DNA of 64,000 nucleotides from Spongospora subterranea f. sp. subterranea. Lineage: Eukaryota. Below, one piece after another: positions 24,402-38,500 of the stretch. The stretch covers positions 1-64,000 of the forward strand of contig JAUGWO010000136.1 of assembly GCA_049724395.1 (NCBI GenBank). Direction: 5' to 3'. The notes beneath the pieces were generated by a model, which saw only the letters and a program-made list of their open reading frames with translations, did not search any database and had not been told where the DNA came from. Position numbers and translations under genes: made by a program. Position 1 is the stretch's first letter. Each line of letters starts with the position of its first letter.

Positions 24402-25423
24402 ATGGTCAACCCCTGCCTTTGTGTGATCTTCTCGAAAAATCGCGCCTTTCAATTGCATGAATGCCTTTCATCAGTATCGCGATTTTGCCCAGCTACTGCC
24501 ATGTGTCATATATTGATTCACGTTATCTGGTCATCTTCAATAGATCAAATTCAGAAATCCTATAAAACAGTCGAACAGCGATTTCCTCAAATATCATTTT
24601 ATAAGGAGGATTTTGAAAACACATTTTCTCGACATATTACCAGAATTTTTGATCAGAATCCATCGGATTACGTACTGTTTATGGTCGATGATTCTATAAT
24701 ATATCGGCCCGTGGATTTGAGTTTAATCTGTAATATTCTCAAGCCTGGATCGCATTGCATATCGTATCATCTTCGGCTTAACCCTCTTATTGCACATTCC
24801 CATACAAAAGACATGGCTGTCCGATGCCCTCCACTACTTCATCGCAAATCTCATTACGAATATCTACCATTTTTAGGTGACTACTCGTGTCCTGATTTAT
24901 CACGACGTCTTATTTATTTTAAATCTTAGGATCCACCGAATGGTCTTATAGGTTTGACGTTAGTGGCTGTTTCTATCAACGTCAAGTAATCGATCTGGTT
25001 GGTATGCTGTTGTTGTTTTTAAAAAAGTTCAAATCACGTTGTTCGATAGATTTTGAGCCATATGTCTGAATCTGACAAATCGCATCCAAATCTGTTTGAG
25101 TTGGCTGGGAACCGTGTTTTGGACAAACTCGAATTGGGTGAGGCGCTCTACAGCGCTTGCCCTCTATACCCATCATTATCGATCATTACTGTTAATAGGG
25201 TCCAAGATCAGTTCAAAGTCAGCTAATCTTTTTAGAAAACAAAAAGCACAACGACTCAATGTTCATGTCATAGAATCGCGTGTATGAGGATGAATACGGC
25301 AGTGTCGAATGCTTGGATTCGTTATTCAGAAAAGGATATACGATCAACATTGACCTATACGCGAAATCCGAATTTAACTCAGTCCATATCGGCGAGTTAT
25401 TTTTACTCCATCCATCGGTATAA
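24402..25423 (+). CDS. Glycosyltransferase-A-fold-like hypothetical protein
   Basis: VIFSKNRAFQLHECL, YVLFMVDDSII, HLRLNP, EWSYRFDVSG, HPNLFE, ITVNRVQDQF, FNSVHIGEL across short introns; possible small frameshifts near 25140. Confidence 0.55.
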
Positions 25424-26073
25424 AAACGGTACGAATTCATTTTGATGAAGCCTACGAACTACGCGCTCACTCCTGATATCAGAAACGACCAAAGACAAGT
25501 TATCTATCTTTCAATTTGCAACAAACAATAAAACGGTGACCGACTAATGCGGTATGCAGTCAATGACAATTTCCAACACGATTTTGGAAATTTTCTATTA
25601 GCACAGAAAGCAAGAAATACCGCTCCAGAATTACAGGCATCAGCATCCCCTGTTTACCAACTGCCCAAAATTCGAAAACATAGCATACCGGTCAAACAAG
25701 TTTCGCAATTATCGTGGCGGATCTGGAATCCGCCACGATAATGGTAGGTTGCGGTTTCTCGAACCCAACGCTGTACAGGTATTCCAGAGAGGCTTTTCTG
25801 GTTTTCATCTCACAGGGTGACCCTATCGAACTTCACTGCAGAACAACAACCGCTTCTTCAGTCGCCCAGTTCACAGGGTGTACAGTAAAACACTGTACGG
25901 GACTACGGGTACAGTAGAGCCATCTCCCCGTTTCCCTGGAGTGATCAGTGGCACTGTCAACACAGTGCAAGCAATCATCAGGCAAGTCGGACACTGGGTT
26001 ACCCCCAAAGGGGTCGTGGTATCGTAGTTCCAGGACCTGGACCCAAATAGGAAACCTCTCGCATTCATAATAC

Positions 26074-27138
26074 ATGAAGACAATAAATACGATATGGCGA
26101 CGGTTTATTTGTACGTTGGCTGCAGACTCATTCACGGAATACCGAGCAGCCGCCGTCGTCATCGGTAAAACTTGACGTTTGCAAATTTTATCGTGAATTT
26201 GCACCCGGGAGATTGATATCCGGCTACGATAGGAAATGAAGTATTATCTGGCAAAACTAAAGATACCAATTCGAATTATCTGGCTCGGGTTTTGTTTGAA
26301 AACGGTGTTCGATTAACCCGAATTGAGACTATTCCGGACTTAGCCGAAGATATTATTCAAACTGTTTCCAAACTTTCATCGTCCGTTGATTATGTCAGAA
26401 AGGTTCAGTTACAATACGTATCAGCATTCTTGACAAGTCAATCGATCAGGTATTTACCAGTGGTGGGATCGGTCCAACTCATGACGACATCACCGTTAGT
26501 ACAGTGATGAAAATATGCACTGAGAGAATTTTGATATCTTTTCAGTATCAATCGATCTGTGACGCTTTTGGGCTGACTCTTCGAACCCATGAACCTACTC
26601 TCGCCGCCATTACTGTAGACTATACCTCAAAAGGTAAAAGACTCAACGCCGGTGAGCAATGCCGTTTCCACTCTAGATTTTTTCTGAGAGCTGTCAAGCA
26701 ATTAGGCGCATGGCGCTACTGCCATATCCAGCTGACCGTATCATAACAACCCCAGGGTTATGGGTCCCGACCGTTCAGTGTCGCAATGTATTTATCCTCC
26801 CTGGAATCCCGAGTCTTTTTCAAAAGATGGTGGATTCCGTTTTGAAATCCATTGATTGCGGATCAAAAAGGCTTCGTTTATCGCTAACAATCCTAGTTGG
26901 CGAATCTGAAATTGCCGATCGCCTTGCAAATGTGCAGAAACAATTCCCGGAAGTACGATCTCGTTTCTAAACGTTTTGCACGTTCTGAACTGCTCAATTC
27001 CAGGTGGAGATCGGATCATACCCCAAGCTTAACCCTGAAATGCCAGAAGTATGTTCTGTTCAATTGTGTTTCACGTCAACCGACCACTATGCTGCCAAGC
27101 GAGCGCTTGCCGCATTTCAGAAAACGCTGCAAACGTGA
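26074..27138 (+). CDS. Molybdopterin-binding (MoCF/CinA-like, FAD-synthase N-terminal type) domain protein
   Basis: AAAVVI/GNEVLSGKTKDTNSNYLA, TSGGIGPTHDDIT, LWVPTV, VFILPGIPSLF, GESEIA, IGSYP over several exons. Confidence 0.88.
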
Positions 27139-27195
27139 TTTCGATCTTCAATTTAAAAAAACTAGAAATATATATGTTATGAGTCAGGAATGGTC

Positions 27196-29698
27196 TTACA
27201 AGATCATATATTGATCGTATACGATAGATCGAACCTTGAAATATGTATCACACATAACTCCCTGTATGCTTACTTGTTGGTCATTAACTCTACAAATATT
27301 CACAAGACCATCTTCGCAAACAAGCATCCCATTGATGAACTCTGCTCGAATGCTTGCTTTTGTTATAGCTTTTCTCAAAAGAGCCATTCGTGAGCCGCCA
27401 AGATATACGGCCGGCCTGTCAATTAAGGAAGAGTCGGTAACTTCTTCTAGAACAGGATGACGAGACTCTTCACTTTGTACAATACGACCGTCAACGTATG
27501 CCACTTCGTAATCGTCGATCTTGACGAATTTCAACGATTTAACGAGTGAGTCCCGTAATTTGATACTGAAAACATTCGTCTCTGACGATATGACCGACGT
27601 TTGTTGATTATCGGGAGATACAACGGACGACAAATTCGAAATGTCGTTTTCGATAAATTTCGTTACGTTTTCTTTGGCGCTAAACGAACCATGAACAAGA
27701 ATGATTTTTCTCGGCATCACACGCTTGATAACGTTTCTGATCGAGTTTTGGTCCATACGCCCTTCGAAATCAACGAATACAACGCTGCAATTAACTTGAA
27801 CAGCGATGCGTTCGGTTAGTGCTTTCGTCGGAATCGTCGGGGCTTGCGCGGCGTTGGAACCGGGGATTGCTGCGTCAAAATTACTGACCCCACTGGAGCT
27901 GAGGGCCATGTCGCCGATCGGATTCAAATCAGGAACTACATAATCGTTGAAATCAATCGTTTCTCCGTACATATCACTTGTATGAAGGATCTACATTGGT
28001 ATCAGGTTCCGAAACAAAGAACCCACGCATGTCAAGCACAGACCTCTTTCTGCCCAAACATGGGAAACGCAGCTGTCAATTTTAGACGACGTTTGAACAT
28101 AGCTGTAACCGGTCCAGCGGAAAGATCTTCTAATTCGTCCTCCTCTTCTTCAGATTCGGATTCACTTTCTTCTTTCACAACCGAGGCTTCCTGTTCCTTC
28201 CTCTTTTCCTCAAACTCGCGAAGCTCCTCGCCCTCTAATGGCTGACGGAACCTTCTGAGCACTTCAACTGTCGTCGGCTTCGGTGACTGCAACAACGACG
28301 TTGCCAAACAGGGGATGCGAGGAGCGCTCGTTAGTACAACCTTAAACGCAAGTTAACGATACTTAAATAAAAAACAACCATCAAGAATCAAACCATGTTT
28401 TTCGGATCTGGTGCCCATCGGATAAACAGATCCTGAGCAAAACATGTCTCCATGAAGGATGACGTTGCTAAAACTAATACTGGCTGACGAAGAGCGTCAA
28501 CATCTGCCAATGATTGGCAAATCTAATATGATGTAAACAAAGACGACATTGACAAACAATGAAGCGCATACAGAGAGATGCTTCAGGTCGAACGGGCTGT
28601 CACGAGCCTGGTCGAACTGCTTTTGACAGCTCTCGCTCATCCACTCCAAATAAGTCTTTGCGAAATCGAGAGTACTGAAGGCGACATGGGAAAGGAAAGC
28701 GATAGAGTACTTCTGATCGAGCCGGGCGCTCAACCATCTGGAATGAAGATAGACCAGCAGCTCTAATACGCGACCAGCTGCATCCACAGGCATCAGACAA
28801 TTACCGCCACGATCCAGACATTCTCGAACAGAATCAAACAAGATTGCGTCACGTTGCTTCCTCGACGATACAGTTTTTTCCCCATTATAGGCATCGGTAA
28901 TCAGTATTGATGGACGTGGACAAGCGATTTCAAGCACAGTTCCATCAAGGTGCCTAGAGACCCATTAGCTGAAAGACGCTCGAAAATGGAAACAGAAACT
29001 GACTGACCTCTCCCGCCTGTGATTGATATCAACTGCGTACACAATTTGCTCTGATTCTTTGACAATACGCCACAGAGCACCACCAAGTGAATGTCCAGCC
29101 TGGAATGGTGTCACCGTAATTCCATCCCCACGACCCGTTAAACGGCATTCTTGTGAGTATGTCACACTTGTGATTTTATCGAATGCGCTATCGACGTCAT
29201 CGACTGCAAAAATTATCAAAGCAAACAATAAAATCGGGCAGAACCGTACTTGAAAACAGGTCAAACTCCATCCGGGCGTTCAATCTTTGCCAAGCGTCAT
29301 ACCTAGTGGCGAATTCAATGACGCGATGAAAATTGACGAATATGGCAGGAATTACATAAACATCCATCCCATTCTCCATACGGGTTGGGTGGCGAATATA
29401 GGGCAATCTAGACCCAATTGGCCAACTGCATAGGGCAAAGCACCGATATGGCTAATATCTGCATGAGAAACTAAAGACAAAATTGAATCCTGCTTCATAA
29501 AATTGAAGAGAATTCAGTACTTAGTATGGCGTCGACATCGTTAGCGACACGGCCGATCGCCTCAATATCTTTTTCGTTGAAATGATCGTTCCATCCACAA
29601 TCAAGTAATATTCGACAATCGTCAATCTCCAGTAAATAGCATAAAGCGTCGGTATCACTAGCACCAAATAATGGCGTCAATTGAATTACATCGCCCAT
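27196..29698 (-). CDS. CPSF2: Cleavage and polyadenylation specificity factor subunit 2 (CPSF100)
   Basis: [86 protein letters not shown]. Confidence 0.95.
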
Positions 29699-30704
29699 AA
29701 TCCAAGATCTTTAACGGCCAACGATTATGGCGACCTAGGGTATTCCGAGTTCGTGACCCAACGGCGCCTGTTGGGCGATTGTTGTGGCGGACTCCGACCG
29801 TTGGCCAACCCGCAAAAGTGCTCTCTCTATGTGGCGGAGTCGGTCATGAAGTATTCCCATACAGGCGATCAAATATTCTCGGGCGTTCTTCAGTATTTGA
29901 AATGCTGATCGTGTTGAAATTCGTATCGAACGACTGTGCTGTTTTGCACAAACAGGGCAATTGCTATAACGTTTTAATAAACGCTGCAGTCTGTTTGAAA
30001 GTCGTGTTCTGCAAATACCTGAATCGTATCGCAAAACATCGAGCGTATTACCCTATGGGAATTGATTTTACATGAGAGAGCTCTACAAACGCTCGTTATG
30101 TTATGCTCGTCAGTTGATCGTCTGACGTCTTTTGGAGGACAATGTTTTCCGTCAAGTTTGATATGAGAGTCTCCTCTTTGAGTAATGTCCCGCCACGAAA
30201 CATTTTTGACCCAAAATCAACATGTTCCCGCAGTTTCGCTTTGCACAGAGTTTTGCAAAGTTTCAGACCGATCCAGTAAATAAAGGTTTAATGATGACAA
30301 ACTTTATTAACGCTGCGACACATCTTTCTGTCAAGTCATTAATGCTCACATACACCAATAAAAAAATTTGGGATCGTTTCGTTCTAACAATGCTAACGGT
30401 GGATCAGGTTTCTATTTGATCATCATTTCAAGAAAGAAAAATTGGTTGTAAAGGCCTGACACCAATCTCTGCCGCTATAGGTAATAATTCCTCGTGTCAG
30501 TGTTATCAGATTATCCCATGGCCCATGGGTGACAATTCAATCGAAACGTGACTGGGTTTGAATTGCCATCAAAACAACCAAACCTGACCTGTCCGTCCCC
30601 ATAGACTCAATAAAGGTATGGCGCTACAGCAATCACGACAGTACGTGCTTGGTTGTCAAACAATTCAACCTTCTTTGGCTGCGAATGCCACGTCCGGTTT
30701 GCTT

Positions 30705-33655
30705 GTTACATATCTATGTCAAACAATTCAACCTATTATCGTTACATATCTATGTCAAACAATTCAACCTATTATCGTTACATATCTATGTCAAACAATT
30801 CAACCTATTATGCGTTACATATCTATGTCAAACAATTCAACCTATTATCGTTACATATCTATGTCAAACAATTCAACCTATTATCGTTACATATCTATGT
30901 CAAACAATTCAACCTATTATCGTTACATATCTATGTCAAACAATTCAACCTATTATCGTTACGTTCAAACAGTTCAACCATATCTATGTCAAACAATTCA
31001 ACCTATTATCGTTACATATCTATGTCAAACAATTCAACCTATTATCGTTACATATCTATGTCAAACAATTCAACCTATTATCGTTACATATCTATGTCAA
31101 ACAAAACATATCTATGTCAAACAATTCAACCTATTATCGTTACATATCTATGTCAAACAATTCAACCTATTATACAATTCAACCTATTATCGTTACATAT
31201 CTATGTCAAACAATTCAACCTATTATCGTTACATATCTATGTCGTAAACAATTCAACCTATTATCGTTACATATCTATGTCAAACAATTCAACCTATTAT
31301 CGTTACATATCTATGTCAAACAATTCAACCTATTATCGTTACATATCTATGTATTTATTATCGTTACATATCTATGTCAAACAATTCAACCTATTATCGT
31401 TACATATCTATGTCAAACAATTCAACCTATTATCGTTACATATCTATGTCAAACAATTCAACCTATTATCGTTACATATCTATGTCAAACAATTCAACCT
31501 ATTTTATCGTTACATATCTATGTCAAACAATTCAACCTATTATCGTTACATATCTATGTCAAACAATTCAACCTATTATCGTTACATATCTATGTCAAAC
31601 AATTCAACCTATTATCGTTACATATCTATGTCAAACAATTCAACCTATTATCGTTACATATCTATGTCAAACAATTCAACCATCGTTACATATCTATGTC
31701 AAACAATTCAACCTATTATCGTTACATATCTATGTCAAACAATTCAACCTATTATCGTTACATATCTATGTCAAACAATTCAACCTATTATCGTTACATA
31801 TCTATGTCAAACAATTCAACCTATTATCGTTACATATCTATGTCAAACAATTCAACCTATTATCGTTACATATCTATGTCAAACAATTCAACCTATTGTC
31901 AAACAATTCAACCTATTCGTTACATATCTATGTCAAACAATTCAACCTATTATCGTTACATATCTATGTCAAACAATTCAACCTATTATCGTTACATATC
32001 TATGTCAAACAATTCAACCTATTATCGTTACATATCTATGTCAAACAATTCAACCTATTATCGTTACATATCTATGTCAAACAATTCAACCTATTATCGT
32101 TACATATCTATGTCAAACAATTCAACCTATTATCGTTACATAATCTATGTCAAACAATTCAACCTATTATCGTTACATATCTATGTCAAACAATTCAACC
32201 TATTATCGTTACATATCTATGTCAAACAATTCAACCTATTATCGTTACATATCTATGTCAAACAATTCAACCAACCTATTATTGTTACATATCTATGTCA
32301 AACAAACCTATTATCGTTACATATCTATGTCAAACAATTCAACCTATTATCGTTACATATCTATGTCAAACAATTCAACCTATTATCGTTACATATCTAT
32401 GTCAAACAATTCAACCTATTCAACCTATTATCGTTACATATCTATGTCAAACAATTCAACCTATTATCGTTACATATCTATGTCAAACAATTCAACCTAT
32501 TATCGTTACATATCTATGTCAAACAATTCAACCTATTATCGTTACATATCTATGTCAAACAATTCAACCTATTATCGTTACATATCTATGTCAAAACAAT
32601 TCAAACCTATTATCGTTCAACATATACATATCTATGTCAAACAATTCAACCTATTATCAAACAATTCAACCTATTATCGTTACATATCTATGTCAAACAA
32701 TTCAACCTATTATCGTTACATATCTATGTCAAACAATTCAACCTATTATCGTTACATATCTATGTCAAACAATTCAACCTATTATCGTTACATATCTATG
32801 TCAAACAATTCAACCTATTATCGTTACATATCTATGTCAAACAATTCAACCTATTATCGTTACATATCTATGTCAAACAATTCAACCTATTATCGTTACA
32901 TATCTATGTCAAACAATTCAACCTATTATCGTTACATATCTATGTCAAACAATTCAACCTATTATCGTTACATATCTATGTCAAACAATTCAACCTATTA
33001 TCGTTACATATCTATGTCAAACAATTCAACCTATTATCGTTACATATCTATGTCAAACAATTCAACCTATTATCGTTACATATCTATGTCAAACAATTCA
33101 ACCTATAATCGTTACATATCTATGTCAAACAATTCAACCTATTATTGTTACATATCTATGTCAAACAATTCAACCTATTATCGTTACATATCTATGTCAA
33201 ACAATTCAACCTATTATCGTTACATATCTATGTCAAACAATTCAACCTATTATCGTTACATATCTATGTCAAACAATTCAACCTATTATTGTTACATATC
33301 TATGTCAAACAATTCAACCTATTATTGTTACATATCTATGTCAAACAATTCAACCTATTATCGTTACATATCTATGTCAAACAATTCAACCTATTATCGT
33401 TACATATCTATGTCAAACAATTCAACCTATTATCGTTACATATCTATGTCAAACAATTCAACCTATTATCGTTACATATCTATGTCAAACAATTCAACCT
33501 ATTATCGTTACATATCTATGTCAAACAATTCAACCTATTATCGTTACATATCTATGTCAAACAATTCAACCTATTATTGTTACATATCTATGTCAAACAA
33601 TTCAACCTATTATTGTTACATATATATATCAAAGAACCAGACCTATTATCGTTAC
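30705..33655. repeat. Minisatellite, 36-bp unit GTTACATATCTATGTCAAACAATTCAACCTATTATC, roughly 80 copies
   Basis: Direct reading of head-to-tail copies without spacers; diverged copies at the right edge. Confidence 0.98.
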
Positions 33656-34699
33656 TTAACTTTGTCAAAAAATCAGCCTTGTTACGGTGATCGTCAATTT
33701 AGACATGTTAATATAAAACGAGCTTGCAATCTAAGGGTGGTGCGATATTGACATTTGGGGTTGTTGATTGGGTGACTGAGAATTCGCTTCAACAGGATTA
33801 TTCAAATTTGAAAGACATGGGGTACTGAAGACGGGAATGATGAGGACAAATTTGAACAAGCTTCGGAAAAACGCCAAACGTGGTGAACTCGTTTGCTACA
33901 CAGTTTATCGGAAGCTTCAGGCTCATGCCGTCCATAAATCAACTTCAGTCAACCCATATTATTGCAATCATTCCGGGAGAAACAGGACGTGATAACAAGA
34001 GTTCAGCTCAGAAAACGGAAATATCAAATATCAATTTCTAACGAACCAGGAAAGTTTCTCCAGCAGGTCCAATATTTTTGTAAAACAGTACTCTTAGAAG
34101 GACTACAGCGGGTGAAGTTGCCGCCGATACTGTGAGCATTGGCAATTGCCGGTTTGTAAAGCAATTTCATGAAAGTTATATTATTCTTTACTTTGAAATT
34201 GACTAAAGCGGGTGGAGTTGCCGCCGACACTGTGGGCATTGGCAACGGCCGGGGCCCGGCCATTGCCAGCCACTATTCCCGAAATGTGTGAACACCGATT
34301 ACCGAGAGCGGGCACATGAATCCAACAGATGTCAAACAAGCTCCGACCCGGGCAAGCGTTACACCGCCAGGCGCCCAAACGGGCAAGTCGGCCCGGCAAT
34401 TACCGTTTCCTAACCCTCCAGGCCCAGCGCCATCCAAACCACACAGTGTCGAGGTGGATCGTCTGTTGGGTCGTCTGGTGGCGCACGTCATACCAATATC
34501 AGTCGCGGGTTTTTTTACGGACTCCGTCCAGTCCAGCGCAAATTCCTGGAGGTCGCCCCGACCCTATCACCAGAGTTCTTTCCACATCTCTCACTCAGTG
34601 TTTCGATAAACTGCCACAGCATCGATTCTTGGGTAGGCGTCGAACGGGCTCAAGCTTGGCAGCGAAGGGGAACTGCTAGGTTGATCATCTTTCGTCGCA

Positions 34700-36377
34700 A
34701 TGATCGCCTCAAATGAAACCAAGATAGTTGACGTTGATGAAACGGACGGCGGAAATAATGGGACATCAAAACCACATTCGGGTGTGAAGCATCCCAGATG
34801 GAAGTTCCTTCTGGCTCTGTTCTTTCTCAGCACACTGTTCCAAAGCTTCAAACCGTCAACCCCTTTCTTGGCTCCTTTTCTTCAAATAATCCAGGAGATC
34901 CCTTCGGACACGCTATCCAATCACTTTTACCCATATAGGACGTATGCCACCAATTTCTTTATGGTACCGACCGTAGTTCTTGCTGAGTTCATGTTCGGCT
35001 ACCAGCCAATTTTGATTATGGGGATTGTAGCTCGTGTCTCCGAACAGTTCTTAGTATATTACTGTTCGGGTTTGGGGTTCATGCAATTGTCTCAAGTTCT
35101 TCATGGCCTGGCATCATCCACTAAACCAGTACACGGGTACGATACCATAGCTCTATCATACCGGTATAATACCCATTTATGATGGCTCATAGAGCATTAC
35201 TCTATCTATTGGTTCCCAACCACCTGTTCCCGATGACCACTGGATTTCTTCGTACTGCCAACCTCAGTGGTCAGGTGTTCGAGGGAATCCTCAGTAATAT
35301 CATCAGTCACTGTGCCAGCCATCCCTATTTTGTCTTATTCACAATGACACAAGTAAATAAGCTGTTCACCCTCATTATCGTCTCTATTATAACATGTTTC
35401 ATCTAGGTCTCAGTAACCCTTGGTGGATGCATTATGCTTCTTCTGTTTATTATTCTAGCGTTTGATCGGCACTCGATGATGACCAAGGATTCGAATCGTC
35501 CTCTTGCCCCTAAGATCACATCGGTTTCAATGGGTGTGTCGCTGCTTAAACAGGTTTATATTGATTCCCCTGGTGTGCTGTTATGGTCATTCTGGTACGC
35601 ATTCGTTGAGATTTGTGTTTTCAAAACACCTTTTTCATCATGGCCTAGGTGGTGGACTGCATACGCTGTAGCTGAACTTGTTGATGATATGCATATGAAT
35701 CTATTGGGAGATTTTGGTGCACCAAAGCACAATGGATACCTATCAGCTTCGATTGGCGCGTTCTCAGCTTTAGGAGCACTATCGACTGGACTTTGCAAAG
35801 GGTTCGTGAGAGATTACTCCCCTCTTATTGTCCTTTTCGGTAAGTCTGACAACGCTGTTGTATATGCTGTAAGTTCACAGCTGACTTAGGGCTTTTTACA
35901 ATTGGGATCCTGCTAATTGTTATCAACATAGTCAGGAGTCTGACTTTTGGCTACGCTGTCATTATATATTGCTTTTTCATGTTCGAAAGGTATGGCTACG
36001 GCTTCATGAACCATCTTAAAACTAACCGATTTTTCAGCTGCGCTGTCGCCGCAAATTCAATAATTTCTGTCACAATTCCCAAATCATTACGCGGATTGAC
36101 TCTATTCGCCAATTGTTTGTTATCTTTGACGATGCAAAGTATGCTACAAGCAGCCTGCACAATCTTCGACTTGTCATGCGAAGGCAAGTTTAATATGCTG
36201 GGTTGCGTTCTATTATTTTTGGGCCTGGTTATTGGGACTGCAAATCTTGTTTGTTCCGATCCTACTGGCTCTCACCCGGAAGTTGATGATTCCACTGTCT
36301 CTGCTAAAGATTCAACAGGGCATAGAACTAAACTTTCAAAGCCAACTGTCAGCGTTGCAGTTCTTAAACGCACATAA
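34700..36377 (+). CDS. Reduced folate/thiamine carrier (SLC19-like) MFS transporter
   Basis: FKPSTPFLAPFL, FYPYRTY, FGYQPILI, LLWSFW, HNGY, LTLFANCLLSLTMQSML; multiple TM segments and introns. Confidence 0.8.
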
Positions 36378-37939
36378 ATCTACTACATCCATCGCACTTA
36401 CTCTCTATAGTCTTTTTGTCATTCTTGGAATTCATTCTCCTATGCAAAACAGACTTTCGGCAATGTTCTAGACATTTTTCGTAGAATAAAATGTACAGGT
36501 AAAACATTAATTGTTAAATTTAATCTGGCGTTGCTTGAGCGTGATGCTGAGCGAAGGGATTATCTTGTGGCTAGGAAATTATGAATTCACTCAGATCTCC
36601 ATCGCTACCTATTTTCATAACCAATTTGCCTCTCTTTTTTTTTCAGATTTGAAGTTCGATCATGCGAGTTTATAGATTGTTTTTGAGATTTTTTTGTTTT
36701 TGCTTTTGCAAAGATGCATGTCAATAAAAAGTTTCTGGTCGTCCTCTCAGGCTTTTTATCGTAATGTTGAGGGTCGTCTCGTGTGTTTGTCAATCTGTCC
36801 AAAAGGTAACAATTTCGGGGCGTACGCCATGCAAGTTTCATATTCGATATCGTAATCAAAGTTCAACTGAGCCTTTGTACACAGGAAGACTGCCGCAAAT
36901 TTCAGCCAGAATGAATGTTCCAAGTTCCTCGCAATTTTAAAGGACCAACATTTCGTGTTTCATATCTTTCACTGATTACCAGTTGTTTGCAGTTTTCAGA
37001 AATGAGGATGATGCTGTTGTTTTAATGAACCTTGGACTGAGCAGTTCTTGCTAATCAACCCAAGGCTGCTTCGCTGTTTGCCCTGCTTCAACACTTCTAC
37101 TGTACATTTTGTACGAACATGACGGATTCTTTGTGATTTGGTGCTGCCAACAATAACACTCATGAATCTCCACTACTTCTGGATACAACGGTCGAATCTT
37201 TTACATGCATTAGCGACTAATTCAAATAATGGATTATTTCGAGCAGATTGCGAAATTTGTACCTGCGTCGTTCAATTGTCACAAAACTGTGACTTATCAA
37301 GATTCTTCATCCCTGGGGTATCCGCAAGACTATCGTCAGCTCCTTGGGATGCATCCAACAATATTTGAATATCACGACCGCTAGGAATTTTTTCCTTCTT
37401 CAACGAGCCAAGTCAAAATCGGAAATCTCAACTGTATAGAAGAATTGAATATGCGAAGAAACAGACTGCGAAGTCTGTCATGAATTCTTTCGTCGAGTTG
37501 AAGTTTCCGGATGTTGGCTTCGCTTAGCTTGATCAATAGGTTGTTTCCCTTCAATCGCAAAACAGGCAACGATGCTAAATAACACAGGATCAACGTCATA
37601 ATACAGTACGAGTATTTTTTAGTAGAGTGTAATAACTTTTTCTCCGAGAGTTGACACCATTTGCTATTTCGGTCGAATGGATACATCAAATGTCGTGTTT
37701 GACCCTCTTATTCTTCGACTTCGCCAGATAAAGGCCAAGATCACAGCGTCGAGTGACCTGGGTCGCTCTTCGCAAACGCAATTACATCCTGATTTTTGCC
37801 ACATCACCTCTATTTTTGAAAAACATCAAATTGGCTCTCAGTGGCGCTCCTTACTCAACCGACGTCTTACTACTTGTTGAAATTGAGCTTTGATCTGGTC
37901 TGCAAGGGACGGGCAAACAAGGGTGTGAAGCCTTATCAT

Positions 37940-38500
37940 CTACTTTCGTCGAGTGTCTGAGGGTAGCTCTTCGCTACCGCAAATCGCATTCTTATTGTCT
38001 TCAGAGATCACTCTCGTTCCAATAGTAGCAAAGCCCATCTCTGAGAGTAGCATATGTAGCCACACCACGATCTTGGTTGCTAGACATGGAAGAAATATTT
38101 GGCTTTTGTGTGTTGATGCTATGCGCCACTGTTTTCTGGAGTAAACAAAGTACGATAACGAGCTTCTTGAGTCAACGAACCAGCTCAACGTCAACAGTGT
38201 GATCATTGTCGACGCCGGGTAACCAGGATTCTTTGTGAAATGAAATTGATGTGCCCCTTGTAATAGTTAGTATCGCTCTAAATACACGAAAATTATATTT
38301 CTTGTTCAAGGTTATTTCTGCCCGACAAATCATCTTTACCGTTTTGAAGTGCTCCGGCCCGGTATTCTGGCGAAATCTAGCTGCGATCCGGTGGCGTATG
38401 CCAATTTGGTCTTGTTGCCTGCATCAGATACATGCTGACCCCATTGCCTGGATAATATCTAATGTTTTGATGTAGATAAGGGGTAATGATCAATCAAGCA
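37940..38500 (-). mobile_element. Degenerate Ty1/copia RT/RNase H remnant
   Basis: MYLMQATRP, YSRKQWRIAST, ATKIVVWLHMLLSEMG, ISEDNKNAI in broken frames. Confidence 0.7.

Noticed and set aside
30705..33655. CRISPR array (36-bp repeat beginning GTT)
   Set aside because: Units are head-to-tail with no unique spacers, there are no cas genes, and the context is eukaryotic
30618..33751. Long ORFs of 181-819 aa in the ORF track
   Set aside because: By-products of a stop-free 36-bp unit; frames swap at indels; not called as CDS without expression data
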